Of a stretch of 64,000 nucleotides of DNA, positions 1-10,626 are shown in pieces (position 1 is the first letter of the stretch; the number at the start of each line of letters is the position of its first letter). A program made the position numbers and the translations under genes. The DNA is taken from the NCBI GenBank assembly GCA_050250935.1, contig JBFWNS010000008.1, positions 1-64,000 on the forward strand, in the 5' to 3' direction. The notes beneath the pieces are model-generated. The model saw only the letters and a list, made by a program, of their open reading frames with translations, ran no database searches and was not told the origin of the DNA. This DNA comes from Candidatus Margulisiibacteriota bacterium. Lineage in GTDB: Bacteria; Margulisbacteria; Marinamargulisbacteria; JBFWNS01.

Positions 1-1
1 G

Positions 2-1834
2 TTAACCACCACTCCTGGCCAAGCCCTAGCGATCAAACAAAGCTTAATGGCTCAAAAATGTCGTGTCGATTTTGGGTTTGATGACCGTATAAAGACGGCT
101 GGGAAGGTGGTTTTTGAGCGTGCTTTGATCGAAGCCCTAGGCAAAAAAAATCCCCAACACGTGTTGACCCGATGGGGAGAGGGGTGCCAGGTCGAAGCGG
201 TTAAGACCCTGCTAAAAATCGGCGCTGAAGGGTTAAATCGACTTTTAGGCTCTCCAAAAACCATGGAAGACCCCCAATTTGTAAGGGGGTTAAAAGCCTT
301 TGCCGAGGGCGAAAAGGGTCCCGTTGTAGATCTTTTTGTAAGGGTTATTCAACCAGAGCCTTGGTCCGAAGCCGAGCAAGCGGTTTTTGTGGTGGGGGTG
401 CAGCGTCAATTAGTGGAATCCGAACACAGGCCGGCCATCCTGTTTTGTTTGTATGCAGGCTGCGTTCGACAACAACCTGTGATTCAACCGCTTTTTGAAG
501 CGGTGATTAAAGACGTTCAAACCACCTGTTCAGTGTTGTCTGAATCTTGGCTGCTCCATGACGCCTTTTTAAGTCGATTGGCTCTTTTGGAGCGGGTTGC
601 CGAAAAACTGCCTTTCGAACGGGTTGATTGGCAAGGGGTTCAAACAAAAGCCGGGGAACTGCTTCGGGCACAGAGCCCCCAAGCATCGACGCTACTACAG
701 GTCTGCCGGATAACCAAAAAACGAGGTGCCTTTATAGAAACCTGTACAACCAAAATGAAAGCGTGGCTCGCCAAGGCCCATGATTTGGCCGACCAAATAC
801 AAGTTACTTTAAAGCTACAAGAGGAAACGTTTGATATTTTTCAGCTGCCCTTTATTGAAAAGACTTTGGTTCCAATAGTTGAAGAAAGCAAAATCCTCTT
901 CAAAGATGCTGAGGATTTTGCAGCAGATCTTGCCCATCAAATGAGGTTGTATCATCGTTTTTTTGAAATTTTGATTCTGCACCGAACGCTTCGGCCTGGT
1001 AGACCCGATTTTGGAGAGTGTGCAGCAGCCTATAAACAGTTTATTCGCCTGCTTCAGCACGAAGCGGCGCCCGTATGGGCTGGTATTTGTGCCTGGTCTG
1101 TTGTGGCTCTGGCGCGCATTTTTCAAACCATGATTGTATCGGAATATTTCATTCTGAGCCCCGATGGCGATTTAAAGACAAGAGATGCCAGCCCTGCACT
1201 ACAGTCTTTGTTGGAGCAGATTGCCAAGCCAGGTTGGAAAAAAAATCGGCTTTTGCGTGCAGCCGACCTCGAAATTTTTGAGGATAAAGAGGTTGTTCGA
1301 GATCGCCTTTTTTTAACGGGAACCAGTGCTTTGATGTCCTGTAAAACAATAAAAGAAGCTTATAAGCCCTTGGAACTAATGGGATTGCTTTTTAGTGAAA
1401 CACTCCGTGGGCAGTTTCCATTCCAAGATATCCCGGCCGAAAAGTTTGGAGACGATCGTGCCAGATGGTCCAAGGCCTTGCCCCGTGGAGAGCGGTTTTT
1501 AAGTATTCTAGCCGCTGTATTAAGGACTAAACAAAAAGAAAATACGGCAACATTCATAGAAAACCACTTACTGGCAAAAGGAACTAAAATTCGTGTTCCG
1601 GCTTATCTTGGGACAATGGTTTTCGAGCAAGGCACCCCATATGCAAACTTATGGGGGTTTTTGTGGGCGGTGGATCAATGCATAAAAGAAACCATCATGC
1701 CCACGTCAGAAACCGAATTAGAAATCATCAAAACCGTTTTGGGTAACCTTCGGGTTAGCTATCGGTTTGATCCGGTTGTAGTGGCCATGGTCCAGGCAAT
1801 CATTCCAAGGGTTGGGATTGTTTGGCAAGATTAG
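2..1834 (+). CDS. Hypothetical alpha-helical protein, probably truncated at the left window edge
   Basis: 595-aa ORF from ATG 47, but the frame is also open from position 2; no recognisable motif; stop overlaps the leuS stop. Confidence 0.7.
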   Translation, partial: LTTTPGQALAIKQSLMAQKCRVDFGFDDRIKTAGKVVFERALIEALGKKNPQHVLTRWGEGCQVEAVKTLLKIGAEGLNRLLGSPKTMEDPQFVRGLKAFAEGEKGPVVDLFVRVIQPEPWSEAEQAVFVVGVQRQLVESEHRPAILFCLYAGCVRQQPVIQPLFEAVIKDVQTTCSVLSESWLLHDAFLSRLALLERVAEKLPFERVDWQGVQTKAGELLRAQSPQASTLLQVCRITKKRGAFIETCTTKMKAWLAKAHDLADQIQVTLKLQEETFDIFQLPFIEKTLVPIVEESKILFKDAEDFAADLAHQMRLYHRFFEILILHRTLRPGRPDFGECAAAYKQFIRLLQHEAAPVWAGICAWSVVALARIFQTMIVSEYFILSPDGDLKTRDASPALQSLLEQIAKPGWKKNRLLRAADLEIFEDKEVVRDRLFLTGTSALMSCKTIKEAYKPLELMGLLFSETLRGQFPFQDIPAEKFGDDRARWSKALPRGERFLSILAAVLRTKQKENTATFIENHLLAKGTKIRVPAYLGTMVFEQGTPYANLWGFLWAVDQCIKETIMPTSETELEIIKTVLGNLRVSYRFDPVVVAMVQAIIPRVGIVWQD

Positions 1835-4230
1835 CGAATCACCAAACCAAACAATTTATTGGGAACAAAAATCTCTTTAACCAGTTCGCCCGTCACATAT
1901 TTTTCAAGACGTTCAGCGGCAAAAACAGCCTGTTTAACCTCGGCTTGAGAAACGCCTCGGGCAAAATCCAGTTTTTCGCGGACCTTGCCGTTAATCTGAA
2001 TCACGATGGTAACGGTGTCGTCCACCAAGAGGGCTGGGTCGTGGCTGGGCCAGGTTTCCAAATGAATGCTGGTTTGATGCCCAAACTGATGCCAAATTTC
2101 TTCGGTTGCAAAGGGGGCAAAGGGGGCCAGCAGCTTCAGCAAGGTTTCGGTGGCGGCCGGGGTGGTGCCGTTCAAATACATAAAATTCACCAGCTCCATC
2201 ATCCGGCTGATGGCGGTGTTGGTGCTGAAGCGTTCAATGTCCTGGGTAACGGCGTGGATGGTTTTGTGGACCATGCGATTTAAGGCCTCGGCTTGATCGG
2301 GTTTCAGGGCAAACTTGTCGGGTTCGGTACAAAGGCGAAACACCCGTCCCAAAAACCGAAAGGCCCCGTCGACCCCGGCATCCGACCATTCCAAATCCCG
2401 TTCTGGTGGAGCCCCAAACAAGATAAACAAGCGAGCAGTGTCGGCGCCATACCGATCGATAATCCCGCCAGGATCCACCGTGTTGCCCACGGATTTGGAC
2501 ATTTTGCTGCCATCTTTTAAGACCATGCCTTGGGTTAAGAGGGCTTTAAAAGGCTCGTCCACCGAAATCAGGCCCAAATCGCGCAAGGCTTTGGTAAAAA
2601 ATCGGGAATAAAGCAAATGTAATACCGCATGTTCCACCCCGCCAATGTATTGGTCCACAGGCAAATAGGCGTTGGCCTGGTCCGAATTAAAGGGTGCTGT
2701 GGTGTCGTGGGGGCTGCAATAGCGCATAAAATACCAAGACGAATCGACGAAGGTGTCCATGGTGTCGGTTTCGCGTTTGGCGGGTTTGTGGCAGCTGGGG
2801 CAGGGGGTGTTCACAAAAGAGGAAACATGGTCCAAGGGATTGCCTTCGCCATCAAATCGAACGTCTTTGGGCAATTTGATGGGCAGTTCAGACTCTGGAA
2901 CAGGAACCAGGCCACAGTCCTCGCAATACACCATCGGAATGGGGGTTCCCCAATAGCGTTGGCGCGACAACAACCAATCCCGCAGCCGGAAATGCACGTG
3001 GCCTTGGCCAAACCCTTGTTCAGCCATCCAGGAGATGATGTTGGGTTTTGCGTCCCCACTGGGTTGTCCAGAAAACGGCCCTGAATTTACCAAAATCCCC
3101 GGCTGGGTAAAGGCTTTTTCCAAATTGGAAACGGCTTCGCCCGTCTCGCTAATCACCGAAACAATGGGCAGTTCATACTGGGTTGCAAAGGCAAAATCCC
3201 GATCGTCGTGGGCAGGAACGGCCATGACAGCCCCTGTGCCATAGTCGGTCAACACATAGTCGGCAACCCAAATGGGGATGCGCTGGCCCGTAAAGGGACT
3301 AGTGGCATAAAGACCCGTAAAAACCCCAGTCTTGGTTTGGGAGGCATCGGTCCGGTCGATGGTCGACTTGGCTTTGGCCGCTTCAACATAGGCCAAAACC
3401 CCTTCCTCATACGGGGTGCCAGCCACCCAAGTTTTCAAAGGGCCAAATTCTGGTGCCACCGCCAAATAGGTAATGCCAAACACCGTGTCGGGCCGGGTGG
3501 TAAACACCGAAAGGCTTTCCCCATTTTCGACCTTGAAATTTAGGGTCGCCCCTTCAGACCGCCCAATCCAATTTTCTTGCATGGTTCGAACTTTTTCGGG
3601 CCAGGCAGAAAGGGTGTTTAAATCGTCTAATAGCTCTTGGGCATAGGCGGTAATTTTAAAAAACCATTGGGACAGTTCTTTGGGTTTAACCTCGCTTTTG
3701 CAGCGCCAGCATTTCCCATCTTCGACCTGTTCGTTGGCCAATACGGTCTGGCAAGGTTCGCACCAGTTCACCGGTGCTTTTTTCTTATAGGCCAGTCCTT
3801 TTTCATACAATTTCAAAAACAGCCATTGGTTCCAGCGATAATAGTCGGGCAAACAGGTAACAACCTTGCGGGACCAATCATAGCTAAAGCCCAGCCGGGT
3901 TTGTTGGGCCACCATTTCTTCGATGTTGTTCAAGGTCCAGGCTTCGGGGTGAAGCCCGTGTTTTTTGGCGGCGTTTTCTGCGGGCAAGCCCAAAGAGTCA
4001 TAGCCCATGGGATGCAAAACCCGAAACCCTTGCATGCGCTTAAACCGGGCAAACAAATCGCCCAGCGAATAGTTGCGCACATGGCCCATGTGGAGTTTTC
4101 CAGAGGGGTAGGGGAACATTTCCAATACGTAATAGGGTGTTTTTGCGGGGTCTGTATCGGTGTTGTAAAGACCGTCTTGGTCCCAGCGCTTAATCCAAGA
4201 GTCTTCAAACGAAAGAGGGGTGTAATCCAT
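1831..4230 (-). CDS. leuS: Leucyl-tRNA synthetase
   Basis: [13 protein letters not shown] (HIGH-like), [17 protein letters not shown] editing domain; start at MDYTP after a GGA-containing RBS. Confidence 0.98.
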   Translation of the reverse strand: MDYTPLSFEDSWIKRWDQDGLYNTDTDPAKTPYYVLEMFPYPSGKLHMGHVRNYSLGDLFARFKRMQGFRVLHPMGYDSLGLPAENAAKKHGLHPEAWTLNNIEEMVAQQTRLGFSYDWSRKVVTCLPDYYRWNQWLFLKLYEKGLAYKKKAPVNWCEPCQTVLANEQVEDGKCWRCKSEVKPKELSQWFFKITAYAQELLDDLNTLSAWPEKVRTMQENWIGRSEGATLNFKVENGESLSVFTTRPDTVFGITYLAVAPEFGPLKTWVAGTPYEEGVLAYVEAAKAKSTIDRTDASQTKTGVFTGLYATSPFTGQRIPIWVADYVLTDYGTGAVMAVPAHDDRDFAFATQYELPIVSVISETGEAVSNLEKAFTQPGILVNSGPFSGQPSGDAKPNIISWMAEQGFGQGHVHFRLRDWLLSRQRYWGTPIPMVYCEDCGLVPVPESELPIKLPKDVRFDGEGNPLDHVSSFVNTPCPSCHKPAKRETDTMDTFVDSSWYFMRYCSPHDTTAPFNSDQANAYLPVDQYIGGVEHAVLHLLYSRFFTKALRDLGLISVDEPFKALLTQGMVLKDGSKMSKSVGNTVDPGGIIDRYGADTARLFILFGAPPERDLEWSDAGVDGAFRFLGRVFRLCTEPDKFALKPDQAEALNRMVHKTIHAVTQDIERFSTNTAISRMMELVNFMYLNGTTPAATETLLKLLAPFAPFATEEIWHQFGHQTSIHLETWPSHDPALLVDDTVTIVIQINGKVREKLDFARGVSQAEVKQAVFAAERLEKYVTGELVKEIFVPNKLFGLVIR

Positions 4231-4349
4231 ATGTGTTTCCTTGGCCGGTATTATCACCCAGATTGCCCCTCTGGAAAAGGGGGGGAATGGCTTTTCCTTT
4301 TACAGCAGATGACCTATACTAGAACCCCATTTTTATTCAAGGAGTTTGC

Positions 4350-5978
4350 ATGAATACGCAACTACAATCTGATGTTCAACTCGAGACTTTGGGTATCCAA
4401 AACACAACAACCCTTCACCACAATTTGTCCTACGATGCGTTGTTCCAACACGAAACCAATCCTGCGCTTCAAGGCCTAGACAAAGCCTACGAAACCGAAT
4501 TTGGTGCGGTTACTGTCGATACCGGCAAAACCACTGGCCGTTCTCCCAAAGACAAATATTTTGTCAAAGCCGGGGAAGCCGAAAAAAACATTTGGTGGTC
4601 AACTTCTGGCTCCGATAACAAACCCATCACCCCAGACACCTGGAACCACCTTAAAGGGTTGGTCACCACCCAATTGTCTGGCAAAACCCTTTATGTAATG
4701 GACGGTTTTTGTGGCACCAACCCCGAAACCCGTTTGTCGGTCCGGTTGGTGACGGAAGTCGCCTGGATGGCCCACTTTTTCAAAAACATGTTCATTCGCC
4801 CGACCCAAGAAGAGTTGGCCACGTTCAAACCCGATTGGACCGTTCTAAACGGCTGCAAAACGTCTTGTGCCGATTTCGAAGCCCATGGCTTGCGCTCCGA
4901 AAAATTTGTGGCCTTCAACATCGACCAACGCATGACCGTGATTGGTGGCAGCTGGTATGCCGGCGAAATCAAAAAAGGCATCTTCTCCATCATGAACTAC
5001 TTCTTGCCTTTGCGTGGCATTGGCGCCTTCCACTGCTCGGCCAACATGGGTAAAGCCGGGGACACCGCCTTGTTTTTTGGCCTTTCTGGTACCGGAAAAA
5101 CAACCTTGTCTGCCGACCCGAAACGCCTGTTGATTGGCGACGACGAACATGGGTGGGATGCGGAAGGGATCTTCAATTTCGAAGGCGGCTGCTATGCCAA
5201 AACCATCGGTCTAACCCAAGAAAAAGAACCCGATATCTACCGGGCCATTCGCCGCGATGCCCTTCTAGAAAACGTCGAATTTGATGCCGCAACCGGTAAA
5301 GTGGATTTTGAATCGTCCAAAAAAACCGAAAACACCCGGGTCTCTTACCCCATCTACCACATCGACAACATTGTAAAACCCATCTCTAAAGGCGGTCATC
5401 CGAAAAAAATCATTTTCCTAACCTGCGATGCTTATGGGGTATTGCCTCCTGTATCCAAGCTCACCAAAGACCAGGCCATGTACCAATATTTGTCTGGCTA
5501 CACAGCGAAAGTGGCGGGGACAGAATTGGGCATCACAGAACCAACCTCGACCTTCTCGTCTTGTTTTGGTCAGCCTTTCTTAAGTGTTCACCCTACCAAA
5601 TATGCCGAAATCTTGGGTCAAAAAATGGACGAACACGGCTCTGTGGCCTATTTGGTTAACACCGGATGGTCTGGCGGCAGCTATGGCACCGGCAGTCGGA
5701 TGTCTTTGAAATACACCCGCGCCATTATCGATGCCATTTTGGACGGTTCTTTGGAACAAGGCGAGTTTGAAGTGTTCCCCATTTTCAACTTCCAAATTCC
5801 AAAAGCTGTTGCCCATGTGGATGCTGCTGTGTTGAACCCCAAAAACACCTGGGCCGACAAAGCCGCCTACGAGGCAACTGCCAAAAAATTGGCCCAACAA
5901 TTCGTGACCAATTTCAAAAAATTTACCGACAACGAAGAAGGAAAAAGACTAGAAGCTGCTGCTCAACCCCAAGTTTAA
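4350..5978 (+). CDS. pckA: Phosphoenolpyruvate carboxykinase (ATP)
   Basis: [20 protein letters not shown]-loop, [27 protein letters not shown]. Confidence 0.98.
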   Translation: MNTQLQSDVQLETLGIQNTTTLHHNLSYDALFQHETNPALQGLDKAYETEFGAVTVDTGKTTGRSPKDKYFVKAGEAEKNIWWSTSGSDNKPITPDTWNHLKGLVTTQLSGKTLYVMDGFCGTNPETRLSVRLVTEVAWMAHFFKNMFIRPTQEELATFKPDWTVLNGCKTSCADFEAHGLRSEKFVAFNIDQRMTVIGGSWYAGEIKKGIFSIMNYFLPLRGIGAFHCSANMGKAGDTALFFGLSGTGKTTLSADPKRLLIGDDEHGWDAEGIFNFEGGCYAKTIGLTQEKEPDIYRAIRRDALLENVEFDAATGKVDFESSKKTENTRVSYPIYHIDNIVKPISKGGHPKKIIFLTCDAYGVLPPVSKLTKDQAMYQYLSGYTAKVAGTELGITEPTSTFSSCFGQPFLSVHPTKYAEILGQKMDEHGSVAYLVNTGWSGGSYGTGSRMSLKYTRAIIDAILDGSLEQGEFEVFPIFNFQIPKAVAHVDAAVLNPKNTWADKAAYEATAKKLAQQFVTNFKKFTDNEEGKRLEAAAQPQV

Positions 5979-6000
5979 TCGAAAAACACCGGGTGTTGTG

Positions 6001-6036
6001 GGCTGGGCTGTTAAATCATGGTTTAGCAGTCCAGCC
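6001..6036 (+). terminator. Intergenic stem-loop after pckA
   Basis: GGCTGGGCTGTTAAA...TTTAGCAGTCCAGCC hairpin with G-U pairs; no clear poly-U tail. Confidence 0.4.
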
Positions 6037-6068
6037 ACTTCCAGGGCTTTAAACAGTTAGTCCTTGCT

Positions 6069-7742
6069 ATGCTATATACAGACAATAACGACCTATTACC
6101 GGGTGTCAGAAGCTTGCTGTTTGATCCCCAAAAACGGCTGGGCTTTGCCAACTTCAAAACGGCCCTGGACGAGCACCAAATCCGTGTGACCCCCCAAGAA
6201 TTGGGGGAGTTTATCCAAAAAACCGAAACCCAGCTTTACGACCAACTGTTCTATTTCGCCCACCTGATGTATCGCCTGATGGAATTGTCCGGCGATTGGG
6301 GAGACGCTGGCGAACAGCATGTAAAATTGTCGTTTTGTCGGTGTTTGCTTAAACTTGATCCTACCGAACGCCTTACCCACACCCATACCTGGCAATTTGC
6401 CTTGAATCTAGAGCAAAACTACAAGCAATTGGGCCTTAACAAATGGTCTGAAGACGAGCTTGAAACCCAGTTTGAAGACTACGAATTTACCCTCTGGAAT
6501 CAGCCATTTACCCTGCACGATTGTGCCGAACTCAATAAGGTTTTGCGCTATATTGGCTCGGCTTGGTTTGTGCAAGGCGGCTATTATGGCCACGACAAAG
6601 AAATGATCATTGGCCTTGGCCGCGCCACCCAGCTGGGCGATTATGCCATTGTCCATTTTGAAAAAGAAATCATGAGAACCCCAAACACCGTGGTGGCCAT
6701 GGCCGCCGTAATAGGGGATAAAGAAATTTTTGTTAGGGAAGAATCCCTCATTACCATTTTCCACGAAAAATGGATGCCGGTTTTGGGCTACAGCCAACAA
6801 GAAGAAGCCCTGTTGCCCCTCAGCAAGGCCCGAAACATTTCCGAAGGCATCAAACGACGAACCATTGCCCTCTACGAGGCCAAAACCCCAGAGGCCTTGG
6901 CCCAGAAATCGGCCGAGTTTATCGCCGATTTGGGCGAGACCGTGTTGTACCACGAATTGGGGCATGGCATTATCCAGCATACCGTCTTGCCCGCCGATTG
7001 TGGGGCCTTTAGCGAGGCCACCAAGGTGATGGGCGAAAATGTATTTACCGCCATTTTGGAATTTTTGGCCGATTTTGCGCCCCAAAACCCACCGCTTCGA
7101 GGACCGCTCTACAACATGGCCCTCGTTGCCCAAACCGATCTAGAACGGGCCACCCGCATGTTTTGGATGTACTTTTCGGACACCTGGTTTTTTGATACCC
7201 AAGAAGACTATATGTATTTGTATTCCGATCTAATGGCCCTGTCTTTGTTGCGCTATGTTCGCGACGACGCCAGCATCGATTTTGCCAGAATCGAACACGA
7301 TTTGTCTTGGAGCACCGATCCCGAACCCCAAGACAGTTTGTCGTTGTTGGATTGGACAGTGGGGTGGATTGTCTCGGCGGCAACGGGCCTTCGCGCCTTG
7401 GCCGAAAGTGCCCACTACGATGCAGAAGGCGGGCCTGTGGCCTTTGAAACCTTTAAGGTCATGGCCGACGAAGAAGTCAAAGACGACATGGCCGTTACCG
7501 AAGACCGTTCAGAATACAGCTATCAAACCGGGTTATGGGCCAACATTTTGGATGGGCTGGTGATGGCTTCTGATAAAAAAGAACAGGTCGATGCCTTTCT
7601 GCGGCAAGAAGAACAAAAGGTCTTGTCCCAATTCCTGCATTTTTCCACCACCCCCGACATTGCCAAAACCTATGGGCATCCCCGAGACTACGTCATGGAC
7701 CGTCTGGTTGCCTTGGGTATTACGGCAGTAACCCAGCCTTAA
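6069..7742 (+). CDS. Uncharacterised HExxH (zincin-like) protein, paralog 1
   Basis: ETVLYHELGH followed by LEFLAD; similar along its full length to 10627..12315. Confidence 0.75.
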   Translation: MLYTDNNDLLPGVRSLLFDPQKRLGFANFKTALDEHQIRVTPQELGEFIQKTETQLYDQLFYFAHLMYRLMELSGDWGDAGEQHVKLSFCRCLLKLDPTERLTHTHTWQFALNLEQNYKQLGLNKWSEDELETQFEDYEFTLWNQPFTLHDCAELNKVLRYIGSAWFVQGGYYGHDKEMIIGLGRATQLGDYAIVHFEKEIMRTPNTVVAMAAVIGDKEIFVREESLITIFHEKWMPVLGYSQQEEALLPLSKARNISEGIKRRTIALYEAKTPEALAQKSAEFIADLGETVLYHELGHGIIQHTVLPADCGAFSEATKVMGENVFTAILEFLADFAPQNPPLRGPLYNMALVAQTDLERATRMFWMYFSDTWFFDTQEDYMYLYSDLMALSLLRYVRDDASIDFARIEHDLSWSTDPEPQDSLSLLDWTVGWIVSAATGLRALAESAHYDAEGGPVAFETFKVMADEEVKDDMAVTEDRSEYSYQTGLWANILDGLVMASDKKEQVDAFLRQEEQKVLSQFLHFSTTPDIAKTYGHPRDYVMDRLVALGITAVTQP

Positions 7743-7885
7743 TAGTGTCATAAATAACCACGTTATATTTTTAGAAAATAAAATATTTTAAAAATAAGCC
7801 CCTATTGATATACTTTCAAAAAAACGGACGCTATTTATAGCATGACCCCCTGCATTATTTAAGACAATGAGAGGGGGTGGTCAGT

Positions 7886-7975
7886 GTGAAGATAGAGATC
7901 AAATTGTCTTTTAAAGCCTTCGTGGTTTTATTGCTTTTGACACTCGCGGGCTTAGCACTGATTATTTCGCGATAA
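7886..7975 (+). CDS. Putative 29-aa hydrophobic small protein (MKIEIKLSFKAFVVLLLLTLAGLALIISR)
   Basis: GTG start after GAGGGGGTGG SD; single TM-like stretch; not in ORF track (too short). Confidence 0.45.
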   Translation: MKIEIKLSFKAFVVLLLLTLAGLALIISR

Positions 7976-8017
7976 CTAGCTAAGCCCGCCTAGGCCGCCG
8001 GTTTTTGTCCGTTTTCC
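7934..8017 (+). repeat. 84-bp hairpin-containing dispersed repeat, copy 1
   Basis: Near-identical to the reverse complement of 12359..12442; 11-bp stem GCGGGCTTAGC/GCTAAGCCCGC. Confidence 0.9.
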
Positions 8018-8077
8018 GGAACCAGCTTTGATCAACAAGTAACCCTAGTCTAGCATATTTTTTAAGCGAGTAAAGAT

Positions 8078-9040
8078 TTACCCCAAAAACGCCAAACCTA
8101 CTCCCCAAAACACCCGCCACACCGATACGGTTTTGGGAAAAGCCACATAAAGGGTCTCCCACCCCGTTGGCCGCAATTTTGCCCGAAAGGCGTCCAGGCC
8201 GTTAAACGAATACAACCGTTGGCCACTGCGTTTGATCACCCGAAACAGGCCGTTAATCCATTTGGGATTCGAACGTGTGTGGGTAAAAGCCGAAAAGGGA
8301 ACCATGCCCATAAACACCACAGACAGCTGGTCGCGGTTTGCGGTTTGCATCACATGGTCGATCAGGCATTCGATGGTGCCGACGGGAGCCTTGGGATCGC
8401 GAACCAGTTGTTCCAAAAACCAGCCATTTCTCGGGGTAATGGGCGAGACCATGGCATAGGCCACCACCTTCCCGCCGATGGTGGCCACAAAACTTCGGCG
8501 TTGACCGGCCTGTTCCAACACATCGGACTGGGCAAAAAACTGAAGGGGAGGGCTCTTAAAATGGGCCAACCAATGCCGCCGACAGCCTGCCAAAGCATTT
8601 TCCCAAAGCGACAAAGTCTGGGTGATTTCTTGGCAAACCACCTGCTTGTTTACGGCCCGACGAATCAGTTTGGGCAAAGACGGTTTGGCGGCCAACACGG
8701 TTGCCCAGTCCGACGGTTTCCAAAAGGGTTGGGCAGCCACAGCCAGGGTTCGCCAGTTCAGCTGTTCAAACACCTTGGCTGCTGGTGCCAACAACCCAAA
8801 AGCAAGCCAAGGCGAGTTCGTGGTTTTTGAAAAACCGTCAACCAAATCTGGAATATCCCCAATGGCACAGACTGGAGGCCCGGCCACAACCAAAGCCCCA
8901 CTCTTTTTTTTATATCCCATCAACCCGGGAGTTTGGCGACTAAACCAGTGCTCGAATTCGGGTAACATCAACTGATAGGCCATGGGGTTGTGGCCGTGTT
9001 CGGCGATCAGTGCATCGGCAAAAAGGGGTGTTTGAATCAT
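8078..9040 (-). CDS. Phosphatidylglycerol aminoacyltransferase C-terminal domain protein (DUF2156, MprF-like synthase domain)
   Basis: LVVAGPPVC, LVRDPKAPVGTIECLI, LYSFNGLDAFRAKLRPTGWE; lacks the multi-TM flippase domain. Confidence 0.8.
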   Translation of the reverse strand: MIQTPLFADALIAEHGHNPMAYQLMLPEFEHWFSRQTPGLMGYKKKSGALVVAGPPVCAIGDIPDLVDGFSKTTNSPWLAFGLLAPAAKVFEQLNWRTLAVAAQPFWKPSDWATVLAAKPSLPKLIRRAVNKQVVCQEITQTLSLWENALAGCRRHWLAHFKSPPLQFFAQSDVLEQAGQRRSFVATIGGKVVAYAMVSPITPRNGWFLEQLVRDPKAPVGTIECLIDHVMQTANRDQLSVVFMGMVPFSAFTHTRSNPKWINGLFRVIKRSGQRLYSFNGLDAFRAKLRPTGWETLYVAFPKTVSVWRVFWGVGLAFLG

Positions 9041-9064
9041 GCGGTAATCGGGTATTAACGGCCT

Positions 9065-9832
9065 ATGAAACGATTAAGGGGATTCATCATAATTGTTATG
9101 GCCTTGCTAATCCAGTGTACGGCGTCGACCTTGCACGGCTCCGAGCTGCGCAGGCCAGGCCAATCTGGGGATTTTTCCAGACCCTTAATGGTGGATGTTC
9201 AACCCCATATTCGGGCCGAAAAAACAGATCGCTATACCTTCGATTCCCGAGAACCCTATGTCTTAATCCCCGGCAACCGAGACGCCGAAAGTCGAATCCG
9301 ATCGGCCATTCAAGATAAAGTCAAAGTCATCACCGACGAGTTTTTCAAATATTTGCCCGAAGTCACCTCGTTTAATGCGGCCATGACCAGCACTTTTTTC
9401 TTGCGCTATAAACTGGCCTATCGCCAAGACTACTTTAGCATTCGCCTGGAAGCCGAAACCTATTATGCCGGCGATGCCGACCCCATAACCGAGGTCTATG
9501 GCCTCAATTTTAATTTGTACAATGCCAACCCCGTGGAGTTGAAAAGCCTGTTCGACCCCCAAGTCGATGCCTGGGCGTTTTTGTCTGGGTATTGCGAAGA
9601 CGATTTGCGCCGCCAATTTCGCGAAAAAGGCGAACGGTATGCCGAAGATTGGCTGCGAGAAGGCACGGCCCCCAAACCCACCCATTTTCAAAACTTTTTG
9701 GTTCTAGAACGGGGCATCGTGGTGTTTTTTAACCCCAACCAAGTGGGCCCCAGCGCCCTTGGCGAGCGAGAAGTCTTTATTCCCGCAGGCGAAATCGCCA
9801 ACGCCCCCTCCGTCGATTATTCCCGCTACTAG
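9065..9832 (+). CDS. Exported DUF3298/DUF4163 (RsiV/PdaC-like) protein
   Basis: Signal peptide; LKSLF and FxVxERGIVVFFNPNQVGPSALG C-terminal pattern. Confidence 0.75.
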   Translation: MKRLRGFIIIVMALLIQCTASTLHGSELRRPGQSGDFSRPLMVDVQPHIRAEKTDRYTFDSREPYVLIPGNRDAESRIRSAIQDKVKVITDEFFKYLPEVTSFNAAMTSTFFLRYKLAYRQDYFSIRLEAETYYAGDADPITEVYGLNFNLYNANPVELKSLFDPQVDAWAFLSGYCEDDLRRQFREKGERYAEDWLREGTAPKPTHFQNFLVLERGIVVFFNPNQVGPSALGEREVFIPAGEIANAPSVDYSRY

Positions 9833-9911
9833 CAAACCCCGTTCTCAAGCTCCCCGTGACAAGCCTTTTTCCCTTTGATATACTCTTGGAAGGTTCATTT
9901 AAAAAAATCTC

Positions 9912-9939
9912 TGCAATTTTTTTCAAGAACCTTCGATAA
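9912..9939 (+). promoter_or_regulatory. Sigma-28-like promoter motif TGCAAT-N16-CGATAA
   Basis: TGCAAT 9912-9917 and CGATAA 9934-9939, upstream of 9993. Confidence 0.7.
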
Positions 9940-9992
9940 GTACTCAGAAAGTTTTTGTTCTTATACTATTTTTCATTAAAAAGGAGTTTTTT

Positions 9993-10541
9993 ATGGCAAC
10001 AGTAGGAGCGCCAGTTTCATTAACCTTTACTTGGCAACCAGGCCAATCTGCGGCTTCGGCAGCAGCGGCTTCGGCAGCAGCGGCTTCAGCAGCAGCGGCT
10101 TCAGCGACGGCATCGGTCCCAGGTCAACAGGCTGTGGTTTCTCATACAGCAGACACCGACGCCCTAACAGTGGGAGGAAGACAGCTAGCGCTTGCAGACA
10201 GTGCAGAAGTTAAAGCCAATTTGGTTGCTCAATTCCAAGTTCTGTCGTCAAACATTCAGGCAGCAGCAGCTGCTATACAGGCAGGAAGATTTGCGGACGT
10301 TGAAGGTGCACTTGTACCATCTAAGGCAGCTGGATCTGCTGATGCTCCGGTAAAAACTGATGCGGAACATGCAGCTGCAAAAGACGCTGCTTTAAAAGCT
10401 TTTGATGTCGCGGTAAAGGCTTCTGCGCTATTAGCAGCTGTCGATGCACAAATAGCTTCTCCACTACCAACTGACGCATCTGCAGCTCATGCACTAAAAA
10501 GTGTTGGGGCAAACACTGAATTGGCCGCTGTTTTAGCCTAG
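9993..10541 (+). CDS. Alanine-rich orphan protein
   Basis: AAGGAG RBS, own promoter motif and terminator; SAAAA repeats. Confidence 0.8.
   Translation: MATVGAPVSLTFTWQPGQSAASAAAASAAAASAAAASATASVPGQQAVVSHTADTDALTVGGRQLALADSAEVKANLVAQFQVLSSNIQAAAAAIQAGRFADVEGALVPSKAAGSADAPVKTDAEHAAAKDAALKAFDVAVKASALLAAVDAQIASPLPTDASAAHALKSVGANTELAAVLA
10050..10109 (+). repeat. Four tandem 15-bp in-frame repeats (GCGGCTTCRGCAGCA) encoding AASAA
   Basis: Read directly from the sequence; fourth copy degenerate. Confidence 0.9.
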
Positions 10542-10563
10542 GCTGTTCCGAAGACTTTAGAGC

Positions 10564-10603
10564 GCCCATCCTAAAACTCAATTTTGGGATGGGCTTTTTT
10601 TTT
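10564..10603 (+). terminator. Rho-independent terminator
   Basis: GCCCATCCTAAAA-loop-TTTTGGGATGGGC followed by T9. Confidence 0.9.
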
Positions 10604-10626
10604 GAAGTTCAGGGTGGGGAGTCGAT

